Origin: an uncultured Eubacteriales bacterium
GTDB lineage: Bacteria > Bacillota > Clostridia > Oscillospirales > Acutalibacteraceae
Direction of reading: 5' to 3'
DNA: 64,000 bases
NCBI GenBank assembly: GCA_964474295.1
Contig: CAYYRN010000004.1
Span: forward strand, 641 to 64,640
Shown: positions 25,380 to 34,548 of the stretch, one piece after another
Position numbering within the stretch: the first letter of the stretch is position 1
How the letters are laid out: each line of letters begins with the position of its first letter
Position numbers and translations under genes: made by a program
The notes under the pieces: model-generated
Told to the model about the DNA's origin: nothing
Database searches by the model: none
Seen by the model: the letters and a program-made list of their open reading frames with translations, nothing else

Positions 25380-26597
25380 ATGGTTTGGGATGTCGCAATT
25401 GTCGGTGCGGGTATGTCGGGACTTGTTTGTGCCGTTGAAATAAAAAAGAATTATCCCCAAAAAAGTGTTGTGCTTTTTGAAAGGCTCGACCGTGTAGGCA
25501 AAAAAATACTGGCAACAGGCAACGGCAGATGCAACCTCGACAATCTTACCGCAAAAAAGGAAGATTACAATTCGCCCGAATTTGTTTCTTACGCACTCGA
25601 ATGTTTTTCGGCAAAATCCAACCTTGAATTTTGGGAAAGTCTGGGACTTCTCACAACGTCGGACGGCGAGGGCAGAGTTTATCCGAGAAGTAACACTGCT
25701 TCAAGCGTTCTTGACGTTCTCAGGTTTGAAGCGGAAAGACTTAAAATAAAAATTGTTTTTGAAAAGGTAGAAAAAATAGAAAAAAACAAATATTTTTCGG
25801 TAAATTCTTTTAAAGCCGAAAACGTTGTTCTTGCCTGCGGCGGTTGTTCTTCTCCGGCACAGGGCAGTGACGGTTCGGGCTTTGAAATAGCAAAAAAAGC
25901 GGGGCATAAAATCACAAGACTTTCCCCGTCACTTGTGCAGATAACAACCGAAACACTTTTCACGAAGCCTTTAAAAGGAGTGCGTGTCAAAGGAAGCTTG
26001 ACACTTGAATCGGGCGGTAAAAATGTCGGTTTTTCAAAGGGCGAAATTTTGTTTGCGGATTACGGCTTGTCAGGCATTGCGAGTATGGATTTGTCAAGAT
26101 TTTTATCTCGCCTTTCCGAAAAAGAAAACCCGAAGATTTATTTGGATGCCGCAGACGATATGACGGAAAACGAAATAATTTCGTATCTGATTTTAAGACG
26201 TGAGAGTAATCCTCATTTAAAAAGCGAAAATTTGACAATCGGTATCATCCCGAAACAGTTAGGCAAAGCGGTTATCAAAAAATGCGGCATTGATGCAAAC
26301 AAAGAAATCGGTTTGTTAACTAAAAAAGATTTTCAAAATATCGCAAATGTTATAAAGCATTTCGAGTTTAAGGTGACGGGAACAAAGGGCTTTGATTTTT
26401 CGCAGGTAACGTCGGGCGGTGTCAGGCTCGATGAAGTGGAAAGCAAAACACTTATGTCAAAAAAAGTAAGCGGTCTTTATTTCTGCGGCGAAATTCTTGA
26501 TGTCGATTCACGCTGCGGAGGCTTTAATTTGCATTGGGCGGTAAGCTCGGCAAGGCTTGTATCACTCTTGAAAGGAAATCAAAATGATAAGAATTAA
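25380..26597 (+). CDS. HI0933-like FAD flavoprotein (aminoacetone-oxidase/BaiN-type NAD(P)/FAD-dependent oxidoreductase)
   Basis: Dinucleotide fold VAIVGAGMSGLVCA, family signature ATGNGRCNL, C-terminal GLYFCGEILDVDSRCGGFNLHWA. Confidence 0.75.
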   Translation: MVWDVAIVGAGMSGLVCAVEIKKNYPQKSVVLFERLDRVGKKILATGNGRCNLDNLTAKKEDYNSPEFVSYALECFSAKSNLEFWESLGLLTTSDGEGRVYPRSNTASSVLDVLRFEAERLKIKIVFEKVEKIEKNKYFSVNSFKAENVVLACGGCSSPAQGSDGSGFEIAKKAGHKITRLSPSLVQITTETLFTKPLKGVRVKGSLTLESGGKNVGFSKGEILFADYGLSGIASMDLSRFLSRLSEKENPKIYLDAADDMTENEIISYLILRRESNPHLKSENLTIGIIPKQLGKAVIKKCGIDANKEIGLLTKKDFQNIANVIKHFEFKVTGTKGFDFSQVTSGGVRLDEVESKTLMSKKVSGLYFCGEILDVDSRCGGFNLHWAVSSARLVSLLKGNQNDKN

Positions 26598-28179
26598 TTC
26601 AATAAAAATGCCTCTTGAGAGTGAGGAGAAAGATTTAAGAAATCTCGTTTCAAAAGCTCTCAGGATAAAGAATGAGGATGTCGAATCCGTCCGTGTTTTT
26701 AAACGTTCGGTTGACAGCAGAGATAAAGAAAACATTTTTTTCGTTTATTCCGTTGATGTGAGTGTGTATGATGAAAAAAAGGTTTTAAAAAAGAACGAAC
26801 ATAACAAAAATGTTATTGAAATATGCGAATATGAATATGTAATGCCTGAAAACAGAAGAAAAAGCACTCTTCGTCCCGTGATTGCGGGGTTCGGCCCTGC
26901 CGGAATGTTTGCGGCGCTTACTTTGGCAAGGGCGGGACTTAAACCTCTCGTTCTCGAAAGAGGCAACGATGTTGACACAAGAACAAAGGATGTAAGTGTT
27001 TTTTGGAACGAAAGACAGCTCAACACCGAATCCAACGTTCAGTTCGGTGAGGGCGGAGCAGGTACTTTTTCCGACGGTAAGCTTACAACGGGCATAAAAG
27101 ACCCACTGTGCCGCCACTGTCTGAAGGAGCTTGTGCTTCACGGCGCACCGGAAGAAATTTTGTATAACGCAAAGCCGCACATCGGCACGGACAAACTCAA
27201 GGACGTTGTGAAAAACATCCGCAAAGAGGTGTCGTCTTTAGGCGGCGAAATCCTTTTCGGTGCAAAGCTTACGGATATAATTGTTTTCAACGGTGTCATA
27301 CAGGGCGTAACTTACGTTCAAAACGGAAAAGAAATCGATTTTGAAACCGATACCTTGCTTCTTGCCGTAGGTCACTCCGCGAGGGATACAATAACAATGC
27401 TTTACAACAAAGGCATTAAAATGATGCAAAAGGCTTTCTCTGTCGGTGCGAGAATAGAGCATCCGAGGGAGTTTATCGATAAGGCACAGTATGGCTCTTA
27501 TGCGGGACATCCGAAGCTCGGTGCGGCAGATTACAAAATGGCGTGCCACCCACCGCACGGAAGAGGAGCATATACATTTTGTATGTGTCCGGGAGGTACG
27601 GTTGTTGCCTCATCCTCCGATGAGGGAGGGGTTGTGGTAAACGGTATGAGCGAATACAGCCGTGACGGCGAAAACTCAAATTCCGCTTTGCTTGTGGGCA
27701 TCGAACCCGAAGATTTTCCGAGTGATAATCCGCTTTCGGGTTTTGTTTTGCAGCGTGACATCGAAGAAAAAGCTTTTTATCACGGCGGGGGCAATTATGC
27801 TTCTCCTGCACAGCTTGTCGGAGATTTCTTGTCAGACAGAAAGTCCGTAAAGCTGGGAAGCGTTAAGCCGACTTGTCCCACGGGTGTGGAATGTGCCGAT
27901 TTAAGACAGGTTTTGCCGAAAAAAGTTACCGATACTTTAAGCTCGGCTTTAATTAAAATGGATACTATGCTCAAGGGCTTCGCTATGCCCGATGCCGTTT
28001 TGACAGGTGCGGAAACAAGAAGCTCCTCTCCTGTGAGAATTTTGAGGGATGAATTTTTTCAAACGAATGTCAGCGGACTTTTCCCGTCGGGCGAGGGTGC
28101 GGGATATGCCGGAGGAATCGTTTCCGCTGCTGTTGACGGAATAAAATGTGCCCATGCGGTGCTTAATGATGAATCGTAA
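26584..28179 (+). CDS. FAD-dependent protein of the COG2509 type (uncharacterised FAD-dependent dehydrogenase)
   Basis: PVIAGFGPAGMFAAL, FGEGGAGTFSDGKL, C-terminal GLFPSGEGAGYAGGIVSAAVDG. The start overlaps the previous gene by 14 nt. Confidence 0.65.
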   Translation: MIRINSIKMPLESEEKDLRNLVSKALRIKNEDVESVRVFKRSVDSRDKENIFFVYSVDVSVYDEKKVLKKNEHNKNVIEICEYEYVMPENRRKSTLRPVIAGFGPAGMFAALTLARAGLKPLVLERGNDVDTRTKDVSVFWNERQLNTESNVQFGEGGAGTFSDGKLTTGIKDPLCRHCLKELVLHGAPEEILYNAKPHIGTDKLKDVVKNIRKEVSSLGGEILFGAKLTDIIVFNGVIQGVTYVQNGKEIDFETDTLLLAVGHSARDTITMLYNKGIKMMQKAFSVGARIEHPREFIDKAQYGSYAGHPKLGAADYKMACHPPHGRGAYTFCMCPGGTVVASSSDEGGVVVNGMSEYSRDGENSNSALLVGIEPEDFPSDNPLSGFVLQRDIEEKAFYHGGGNYASPAQLVGDFLSDRKSVKLGSVKPTCPTGVECADLRQVLPKKVTDTLSSALIKMDTMLKGFAMPDAVLTGAETRSSSPVRILRDEFFQTNVSGLFPSGEGAGYAGGIVSAAVDGIKCAHAVLNDES

Positions 28180-28189
28180 GGTGATGTAA

Positions 28190-28972
28190 ATGGAAACAAA
28201 AAGAATAGTGGTTAAGGTAGGTACTTCAACTCTTACACACAAAACGGGCAGGCTCAACATAAGACGTGTCGAACAGCTTGTCAAAACACTTGCTGATTTG
28301 CAAAATGCGGGAAACCAGATTATGCTTGTTTCAAGCGGTGCAATAGGGCTCGGAATGAGCAAGCTCGGAATGAGCAAAAGACCGACCGACACACCCACAA
28401 AGCAGGCGTGTGCGGCGGTAGGTCAGTGTGAGCTTATGTATCTTTACGATAAGCTTTTTTCGGAATATTCGCTCAACGTTTCGCAAATTCTGCTTACAAA
28501 GTACGTTTTGCTGGAGGATAGGGCGAAAAACGTTGAAAATGCAGTTGAAAGATTGCTCGAACTCGGCACAATCCCTGTTGTTAACGAAAACGACGTTGTG
28601 GCGATAGATGAGCTTGAGCTTGAAATGGGCGAGAACGATTCCCTTGCCGCAATAATGGCAAAGGTTGCAAAGGCGGATATGCTTGTGATACTTTCCGATA
28701 TAGACGGACTTTACGATAAAAACCCGAAAGAGAATAAGGACGCACACCTTATAAAAAGCGTGGATTCGATAACGGAAGAAATGAAAATAAATGCCGGAGG
28801 TGCAGGTTCTTCACTCGGCACGGGCGGTATGATAACAAAGCTCAAGGCTGCGGAAATCGCAAACGAAGCCGGCATAGATATGGTAATAATGAACGGCAAT
28901 AAGCCCGAAAAATTATATGATCTTTTGGACGGCAAGCCGATCGGTACATTTTTTAAGGGAGTGAAAATATGA
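28190..28972 (+). CDS. proB: glutamate 5-kinase (short form without PUA domain)
   Basis: IVVKVGTSTLT, VSSGAIGLG, AAVGQ, VNENDVV, SDIDGLYDKNP, GTGGMITKL. Contains an in-frame 15-bp tandem duplication (see findings). Confidence 0.9.
   Translation: METKRIVVKVGTSTLTHKTGRLNIRRVEQLVKTLADLQNAGNQIMLVSSGAIGLGMSKLGMSKRPTDTPTKQACAAVGQCELMYLYDKLFSEYSLNVSQILLTKYVLLEDRAKNVENAVERLLELGTIPVVNENDVVAIDELELEMGENDSLAAIMAKVAKADMLVILSDIDGLYDKNPKENKDAHLIKSVDSITEEMKINAGGAGSSLGTGGMITKLKAAEIANEAGIDMVIMNGNKPEKLYDLLDGKPIGTFFKGVKI
28348..28377 (+). repeat. perfect 15-bp tandem duplication GCTCGGAATGAGCAA x2 inside proB (encodes LGMSK-LGMSK)
   Basis: Unit 1 is 28348-28362 and unit 2 is 28363-28377. They are identical and in frame. 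Confidence 0.95.
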
Positions 28973-30216
28973 GTTACATACTTACCCTCGGAGAAAACGC
29001 AAAAAAAGTCAAATCCGAGCTTATGACTGCTTCAACGGTCAAAAAGAACGATGCTCTTATAAAAATTTCGGAAGAGCTTAAAAACAATATCGGTTTAATT
29101 ATCGAAAAAAACAGGCAAGACCTTGAAAATGCCGAAAAAAACGGTATGTCGAAGTCTATGCTTGACAGGCTTATGCTTGATGAAAAAAGAATTATGTCCA
29201 TGGCAAATGCGTGCGTAAATCTTTCAAAGCTTGATGACCCGATAGGCGAAGTTGTCGGCGGCGGTACACGTCCGAACGGTATGAAAATAGAAAAAGTAAG
29301 GGTTCCCATGGGTGTTATAGGAATTATTTACGAAGCACGTCCGAACGTTACGGTTGATGCCGCATCGCTTTGTCTTAAAAGCGGAAATACCGTTATTCTC
29401 AGAGGCGGCAAGGAAGCCTTTGAAAGCAACAGGGTTTTGATGAAGCTTATGCGTAGTGCTGTTGAAAAAGCGGGATTTTCCGCCGATATTATGCAGCTTG
29501 TCGAAGACACTTCAAGGTCAACGGCAACGGAAATGATGAAGCTCAACGGATATATCGATGTGCTTATTCCGAGAGGCGGTGCGGGACTTATTTCTTCCGT
29601 GGTGAAAAACGCAACCGTTCCCGTCATAGAAACAGGCACGGGAAACTGTCATCTGTATGTTGACGAAAGTGCCGATTTGGAAATGGCTGCCGATATTTTA
29701 ATTAACGGCAAAACGCAAAGACCGTCTGTATGCAATGCACTTGAAAGTCTTTTGGTAAACAAAAATATCGCAGAAAATTTCCTGCCCCTTGCAAAAGAAA
29801 GGCTTGACAAATTCGGCGTTGAAATAAGAGGCTGTGAAAAAACAAAAGAAATTCTCGGAAGCTCTGTTGTCGATGCCGACGAGGAAGATTACGCTACGGA
29901 ATTTCTCGATTTGATTATTTCCGTTAAGGTTGTTGAAGATGTAAACGAAGCGATTGCTCACATTTCAAAGTACACAACGGGACATTCCGAATGTATTGTT
30001 ACAAAAAGCCTTGAAAATGCGGAAAAATTCCAAAGCGAAATCGATGCTGCCGCAGTTTATGTCAATTGCTCGACAAGGTTTACGGACGGTGAGGAGTTCG
30101 GTCTCGGTGCGGAAATAGGCATTTCAACGCAAAAGCTTCACGCAAGAGGCCCTATGGGACTTAAAGAACTTACTACCACCAAATACTTAATCAGCGGCAA
30201 AGGTCAAATAAGGTGA
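28969..30216 (+). CDS. proA: glutamate-5-semialdehyde dehydrogenase (gamma-glutamyl phosphate reductase)
   Basis: 415 aa: IYEARPNVTVDAASLCLKSGNTVILRGG, NCHLYVD, CNALESLLV, HARGPMGL. ATGA overlap with proB. Confidence 0.9.
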   Translation: MSYILTLGENAKKVKSELMTASTVKKNDALIKISEELKNNIGLIIEKNRQDLENAEKNGMSKSMLDRLMLDEKRIMSMANACVNLSKLDDPIGEVVGGGTRPNGMKIEKVRVPMGVIGIIYEARPNVTVDAASLCLKSGNTVILRGGKEAFESNRVLMKLMRSAVEKAGFSADIMQLVEDTSRSTATEMMKLNGYIDVLIPRGGAGLISSVVKNATVPVIETGTGNCHLYVDESADLEMAADILINGKTQRPSVCNALESLLVNKNIAENFLPLAKERLDKFGVEIRGCEKTKEILGSSVVDADEEDYATEFLDLIISVKVVEDVNEAIAHISKYTTGHSECIVTKSLENAEKFQSEIDAAAVYVNCSTRFTDGEEFGLGAEIGISTQKLHARGPMGLKELTTTKYLISGKGQIR

Positions 30217-30221
30217 ATAAA

Positions 30222-31433
30222 ATGGAAAACTTTAAACCTGTAATAAGATTTTTGGCAGTCAGTGACGTTCATTATGATGATGAATATACGGTAGAGCATG
30301 AGCGTATGAAAAAAGCACTCGAAACGGCTTACAAAATAGCCGAGGAGAACGAATGTTACAAAAACCTCGATGCTGTGGTTGTGGTCGGTGACTTTGCAAG
30401 CAGCGGTTCTCAGTGCCAAATGGATGCTTTTAAGGAAACTCTCGATAACGGTATGAAAGAGGAAACAAAAAGGATTATGCTCATTTCAAGCCACGAATTT
30501 CACGGTGAGGGCGGAATGGAAGGCGGCTGTGAGCGTTTTCAAAAAACGTTCGGTCAAAAGCTTGACCAGCATAACGTGATAAACGGTTTTCATTTTATTT
30601 CCGTGTCCTCCAACAACGGTGCGGGATTTAAAGAGGATAAGGTTGAATTTTTGTCAAATGAGCTGAAAAAGGCATCGGCGGATGACCCCAAAAAACCGAT
30701 TTTCGTTTTTCAGCACCCGCATATACAGTCAACGGTTTACGGAAGTGTGCTTTGGGGCGAAAACGATTTTATACCGGTGATGATGAATTATCCGCAGATT
30801 ATAGATTTTTCGGGACACTCCCATGCACCGATTAACGACCCCCGTTCAATTCATCAACAGCATTTCACCTGCATCGGCACAGGTACGCTTTCTTATTTCG
30901 AGCTTGACGAATTTGATAAAATTTACGGAACCGTTCCTCCGAATGACGATAATGCGGCACAAATGACAATCGTTGAAGCGGATGAAAACGGCAGGGTACG
31001 TGTTTATCCGTATGACCTCATTACGGGCAATTTCTTCCCGAACGTTTGGAAAATCGATAAGCCGTATGACGTTGATTCTTTCCTTTACACGGATGAAAAA
31101 CGTTACAAAAATCCTCCCAAGGTTTATTTTGACGGTAACGAAAATATCGAAATCGAAGCGGGCTCCGACTTTTGCAATGTCACCTTTGAACAGGCAAAAT
31201 GCGAGAGTGAGTATGTAAACGGATACGATATTACAGTAAAACGCAAATCGGATTTGTGTACGCAGTGTAAGGTTTCCGTGTGGTCGGAGTATTATTTTTA
31301 CAATATGCCGAAAACTCTTACGCAAAAAATTCAAAACCTTTCTCCCGATACAGAATATATTCTCGAAATTCGTGCTTACGGATTTTGGAAAAATTATTCA
31401 AACAAGCTTTCAAAGCAATTCAAAACAAAATAA
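30222..31433 (+). CDS. metallophosphoesterase (calcineurin-like) with extra C-terminal domain
   Basis: Motifs LAVSDVHYDD, VVVGDFASSG, SSHEFH, GHSHAP. The ATG at 30222 (AAGGTGA upstream) is preferred over the overlapping GTG at 30213. Confidence 0.7.
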   Translation: MENFKPVIRFLAVSDVHYDDEYTVEHERMKKALETAYKIAEENECYKNLDAVVVVGDFASSGSQCQMDAFKETLDNGMKEETKRIMLISSHEFHGEGGMEGGCERFQKTFGQKLDQHNVINGFHFISVSSNNGAGFKEDKVEFLSNELKKASADDPKKPIFVFQHPHIQSTVYGSVLWGENDFIPVMMNYPQIIDFSGHSHAPINDPRSIHQQHFTCIGTGTLSYFELDEFDKIYGTVPPNDDNAAQMTIVEADENGRVRVYPYDLITGNFFPNVWKIDKPYDVDSFLYTDEKRYKNPPKVYFDGNENIEIEAGSDFCNVTFEQAKCESEYVNGYDITVKRKSDLCTQCKVSVWSEYYFYNMPKTLTQKIQNLSPDTEYILEIRAYGFWKNYSNKLSKQFKTK

Positions 31434-31436
31434 AGC

Positions 31437-31478
31437 ACGGCGGATAACCTCTTTTGCTTCGGTTATCCGCCGTTTTTA
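31437..31478. terminator. bidirectional terminator between the metallophosphoesterase (+) and aldose epimerase (-) genes
   Basis: 13-bp perfect stem ACGGCGGATAACC / GGTTATCCGCCGT, with TTTTT downstream and T-rich sequence on the opposite strand. Confidence 0.85.
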
Positions 31479-31485
31479 TATGTAT

Positions 31486-32337
31486 TTATTTAATTTCGGC
31501 TTTCCAGGAATATTCAAATACTTTTCCGGGTTCGAGTGTTTGAATACCTCTTTTTTCGGAAACGTCATTTTTTATTTCGTAAGAGTCGTTAACACCCCAC
31601 CACGGCTCTATGCAAACATAAGGTGCGCCGGGCTTTGCCCAAATACCGAGGAACGGGGCGTCACCCAAATCAAAGTGAAGAATTTCACTTCCGTTTTTGC
31701 TTTTGAGCGTAAGTCCCTTTGACTTGAAGCCGTGAAGAATCAGTGCATCCTCAACGAAAATATCCTTTGTTATTTCGATTTCTTTCGCATTGTCAAGCAA
31801 AGGCTCATCAAATACGGCAATTATAGAATCTTTGTCGATTCTTTCCGTGACGAGGGTTTCGTTTTCATCAAAGATGATTTTGTCACCGATTTCAATGTTG
31901 AATCCGGGATGAGCGCCGAGAGAAAAATACATTTTCTTTTCATCGAGGTTTTTGACAGTGTGCTTTACGCACAAGCCGTCATCTTCAAGATTAAATTCGA
32001 CAAGCAGTTCAAATTTAAACGGATACATTTTAAGCGTGTCATCATCATAGGTTTGCGAAAAAACAGCTTGCGTGTCGGTTTTTGAAATAAGATTAAACGG
32101 ACGTTTTCTTGCAAAGCCGTGCTTTTGCATTGTGTATTCCGTACCGTCATAGCGGTATTTATCATCAAGCAGCTTGCCGATGAACGGGAAAAGAACAGGC
32201 GATTGACCGTACCAAATTTCTTCTTTGCCGTACCAGATGTATTCCTTTTGAGTGTCTTTCTTTACAAGGCTGTGAAGCTCCGCACCGTCGTGCTTGATTT
32301 CTGCCGAGAAATTACCGTTTTCTATTTTTGTAATCAT
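31486..32337 (-). CDS. aldose 1-epimerase family protein (LacX/YihR-like mutarotase fold)
   Basis: 283 aa: SPVLFPFIGKL..., HGFAR, LGAHPGFN, YVCIEPWWG. Confidence 0.7.
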   Translation of the reverse strand: MITKIENGNFSAEIKHDGAELHSLVKKDTQKEYIWYGKEEIWYGQSPVLFPFIGKLLDDKYRYDGTEYTMQKHGFARKRPFNLISKTDTQAVFSQTYDDDTLKMYPFKFELLVEFNLEDDGLCVKHTVKNLDEKKMYFSLGAHPGFNIEIGDKIIFDENETLVTERIDKDSIIAVFDEPLLDNAKEIEITKDIFVEDALILHGFKSKGLTLKSKNGSEILHFDLGDAPFLGIWAKPGAPYVCIEPWWGVNDSYEIKNDVSEKRGIQTLEPGKVFEYSWKAEIK

Positions 32338-32429
32338 ATGTAAAACCCCTTTGCTTTTTTAATTATAATAACACATCGCTAAATGTTTTACAAGTCACCG
32401 TGATGCGGAAATTATTTTAATCTCAACGG

Positions 32430-32458
32430 TTGCAGATAATATAAAAATGTGGTAAGAT
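32430..32458 (+). promoter_or_regulatory. recJ operon promoter: TTGCAG-17-(TGg)TAAGAT
   Basis: -35 at 32430-32435, -10 at 32453-32458. Confidence 0.45.
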
Positions 32459-32515
32459 ATATTATTATCTATAAGTTTGCTTTTTGATTTTTATTTTAAT
32501 TTACGGAGAAAAAAT

Positions 32516-34543
32516 ATGAGCCGCAGAAAATGGATTTTTTCAAAATTTGATAAGGAATATGCTGCCGACATTGCGGAAAGGTACGAACTCAGTCCTTTTG
32601 CGGCGGTTCTTTTGGCGTCCAAAAATTTTGAAGATGACGAGCTTGAAGCGTTTTTGAGCGAAGAAAACGTTTTTCCCGTAGACCCGTACGAGCTTCCCGA
32701 TATGGATAAGGCAGTCAGCAGAATAACGAGGGCAATTGATAATTTTGAGCGTATTATGATTTACGGCGACTATGATGCGGACGGTGTAAGCTCAACCGCG
32801 CTGTTGTATTTGTACCTGCAATCGAGGGGAGCAGATGTTCAATATTATATTCCCGACAGATTGACGGAGGGTTACGGCATAAATCTTGATGCCGTCAGAA
32901 AAATCAAGGAACGTGACGTTGACCTTATTATAACGGTCGATAACGGAATAAGTGCCGTTGCCGAGGCGGAAAAAATCAAGCTGCTTGGTATGGATTTGGT
33001 AATTACCGACCACCACAGACCGGGCTGCATTTTACCTGAAGCGGAGGCTGTTGTTGACCCTTATAGGGAAGAATATGACGGCATTTTCGGTGAATGGGCG
33101 GGTGTCGGCGTTGCGTTTAAGCTGGTTGAGGCTCTGTCCGACGGCGATGAGGAAGCTTTGGAGGAATATGCCGATTTGGTTTCAATCGGAACAATAGGCG
33201 ATGTTGTTCCCTTGAAAAGCGAAAACAGAAGTTTTGTAAAATGCGGAATAGAGAAGTTAAACGCTTCCGAACGTCCCGGAATTGCCGCACTCAAAGAAAT
33301 TACTGGTATGAACAATCACGATTTGAGTGCTTCAAACATAGCTTTTACAATCGTTCCGAGAATAAATGCCGCAGGAAGAATGGGAAGTGCCGACAGAGCG
33401 ATAAAGCTTCTTTTGTGTGAGGATGAAGAAGAAGCGGGTTTGCTTGCACAGGAAATCAATCAGGCAAATATATTAAGACAGCAGACGGAAATGAAAATTT
33501 TCGCAGAAGCGGAAGAAAAAATAGAAAAAAGCGGCAATATGGTTTTTGACCGTGTTATAGTAATTGACGGAGAAAATTGGCACAGCGGTGTTATCGGCAT
33601 TGTTGCGGCAAAGCTTACGGAAAAATACGCCCGTCCCTGCCTTGTAATAGGTTGCAGCGGAACAGTCGGCAAGGGTTCGGGAAGAAGCATTGAGGGATTT
33701 TCTCTTTTCGAGGCTCTTTCCGCCGTGTCGGATTGCCTTGAACATTTCGGCGGCCATACTCTTGCGGCAGGCTTTGAAATCGAAAAAGACAGAATAGACG
33801 AGTTCCGCCGTAAAATCAACGAGTATGCGGTAGGCTTGGAAATGCCCCGTCCGCAGATAAAAATAGATTGCCGCATAAGTCCGAAATATGTTAATGTGGA
33901 TTTAATTGATGAGCTTCATATGCTTGAACCGTTCGGTGCAGGTAACAGTCAGCCGGTTTTTGCCCTTATGGGTATGAAAATCGAGAGGATAGAGGGCGTT
34001 TCGCAGAACAAACACACAAAGCTTCTTCTTTCAAAGGGCGAAAGCAAAATTTCGGCAATGCGTTTCGGAATTTCTCCCGATGCCTTTGATTTTTCAATCG
34101 GGGACAATGTTGATGTTGCCGCAACATTTGAGCGAAACGAATATATGGGTTCTGTCAGTGTTTCGGTAATTGTCAGGGATATTCGCTTTTCGGAGCTTGA
34201 CGAGGATGACGTTATATGCTCCGAAGCGTTATATGAAAAATTCAGAAGAAACGAAGCTTTGGACGAAAACGAAAAAAGTATAATTTGTCCCGACCGTGAG
34301 TTTATCGGCAAGGTGTTCAGAATATTGAGAAACGGTGTCTGGAAAAAGAGCGATGAGGCGCTTTGTTTCAGAATCGGTGACAGCGGAAGACGTCTTTGTG
34401 CAGTTAAGGTCAGCGTTGATGTTCTTGAAGAAATGGGACTTATAGTTCACGATAAAGAGAATAAAAGTATTCATCTTACATCAAACCAAAATAAAGTCGA
34501 TTTGACAAAATCGAAAATATTGAACAGTATATCGGGCAGGTGA
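32516..34543 (+). CDS. recJ: single-stranded-DNA-specific exonuclease RecJ
   Basis: DHH motifs IYGDYDADGVSS, ITVDNGI and ITDHH; DHHA1 block GGHTLAAG. The ATG at 32516 follows GGAGAA. The track start at 32477 is an unlikely extension. Confidence 0.9.
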   Translation: MSRRKWIFSKFDKEYAADIAERYELSPFAAVLLASKNFEDDELEAFLSEENVFPVDPYELPDMDKAVSRITRAIDNFERIMIYGDYDADGVSSTALLYLYLQSRGADVQYYIPDRLTEGYGINLDAVRKIKERDVDLIITVDNGISAVAEAEKIKLLGMDLVITDHHRPGCILPEAEAVVDPYREEYDGIFGEWAGVGVAFKLVEALSDGDEEALEEYADLVSIGTIGDVVPLKSENRSFVKCGIEKLNASERPGIAALKEITGMNNHDLSASNIAFTIVPRINAAGRMGSADRAIKLLLCEDEEEAGLLAQEINQANILRQQTEMKIFAEAEEKIEKSGNMVFDRVIVIDGENWHSGVIGIVAAKLTEKYARPCLVIGCSGTVGKGSGRSIEGFSLFEALSAVSDCLEHFGGHTLAAGFEIEKDRIDEFRRKINEYAVGLEMPRPQIKIDCRISPKYVNVDLIDELHMLEPFGAGNSQPVFALMGMKIERIEGVSQNKHTKLLLSKGESKISAMRFGISPDAFDFSIGDNVDVAATFERNEYMGSVSVSVIVRDIRFSELDEDDVICSEALYEKFRRNEALDENEKSIICPDREFIGKVFRILRNGVWKKSDEALCFRIGDSGRRLCAVKVSVDVLEEMGLIVHDKENKSIHLTSNQNKVDLTKSKILNSISGR

Positions 34544-34548
34544 TAAAA

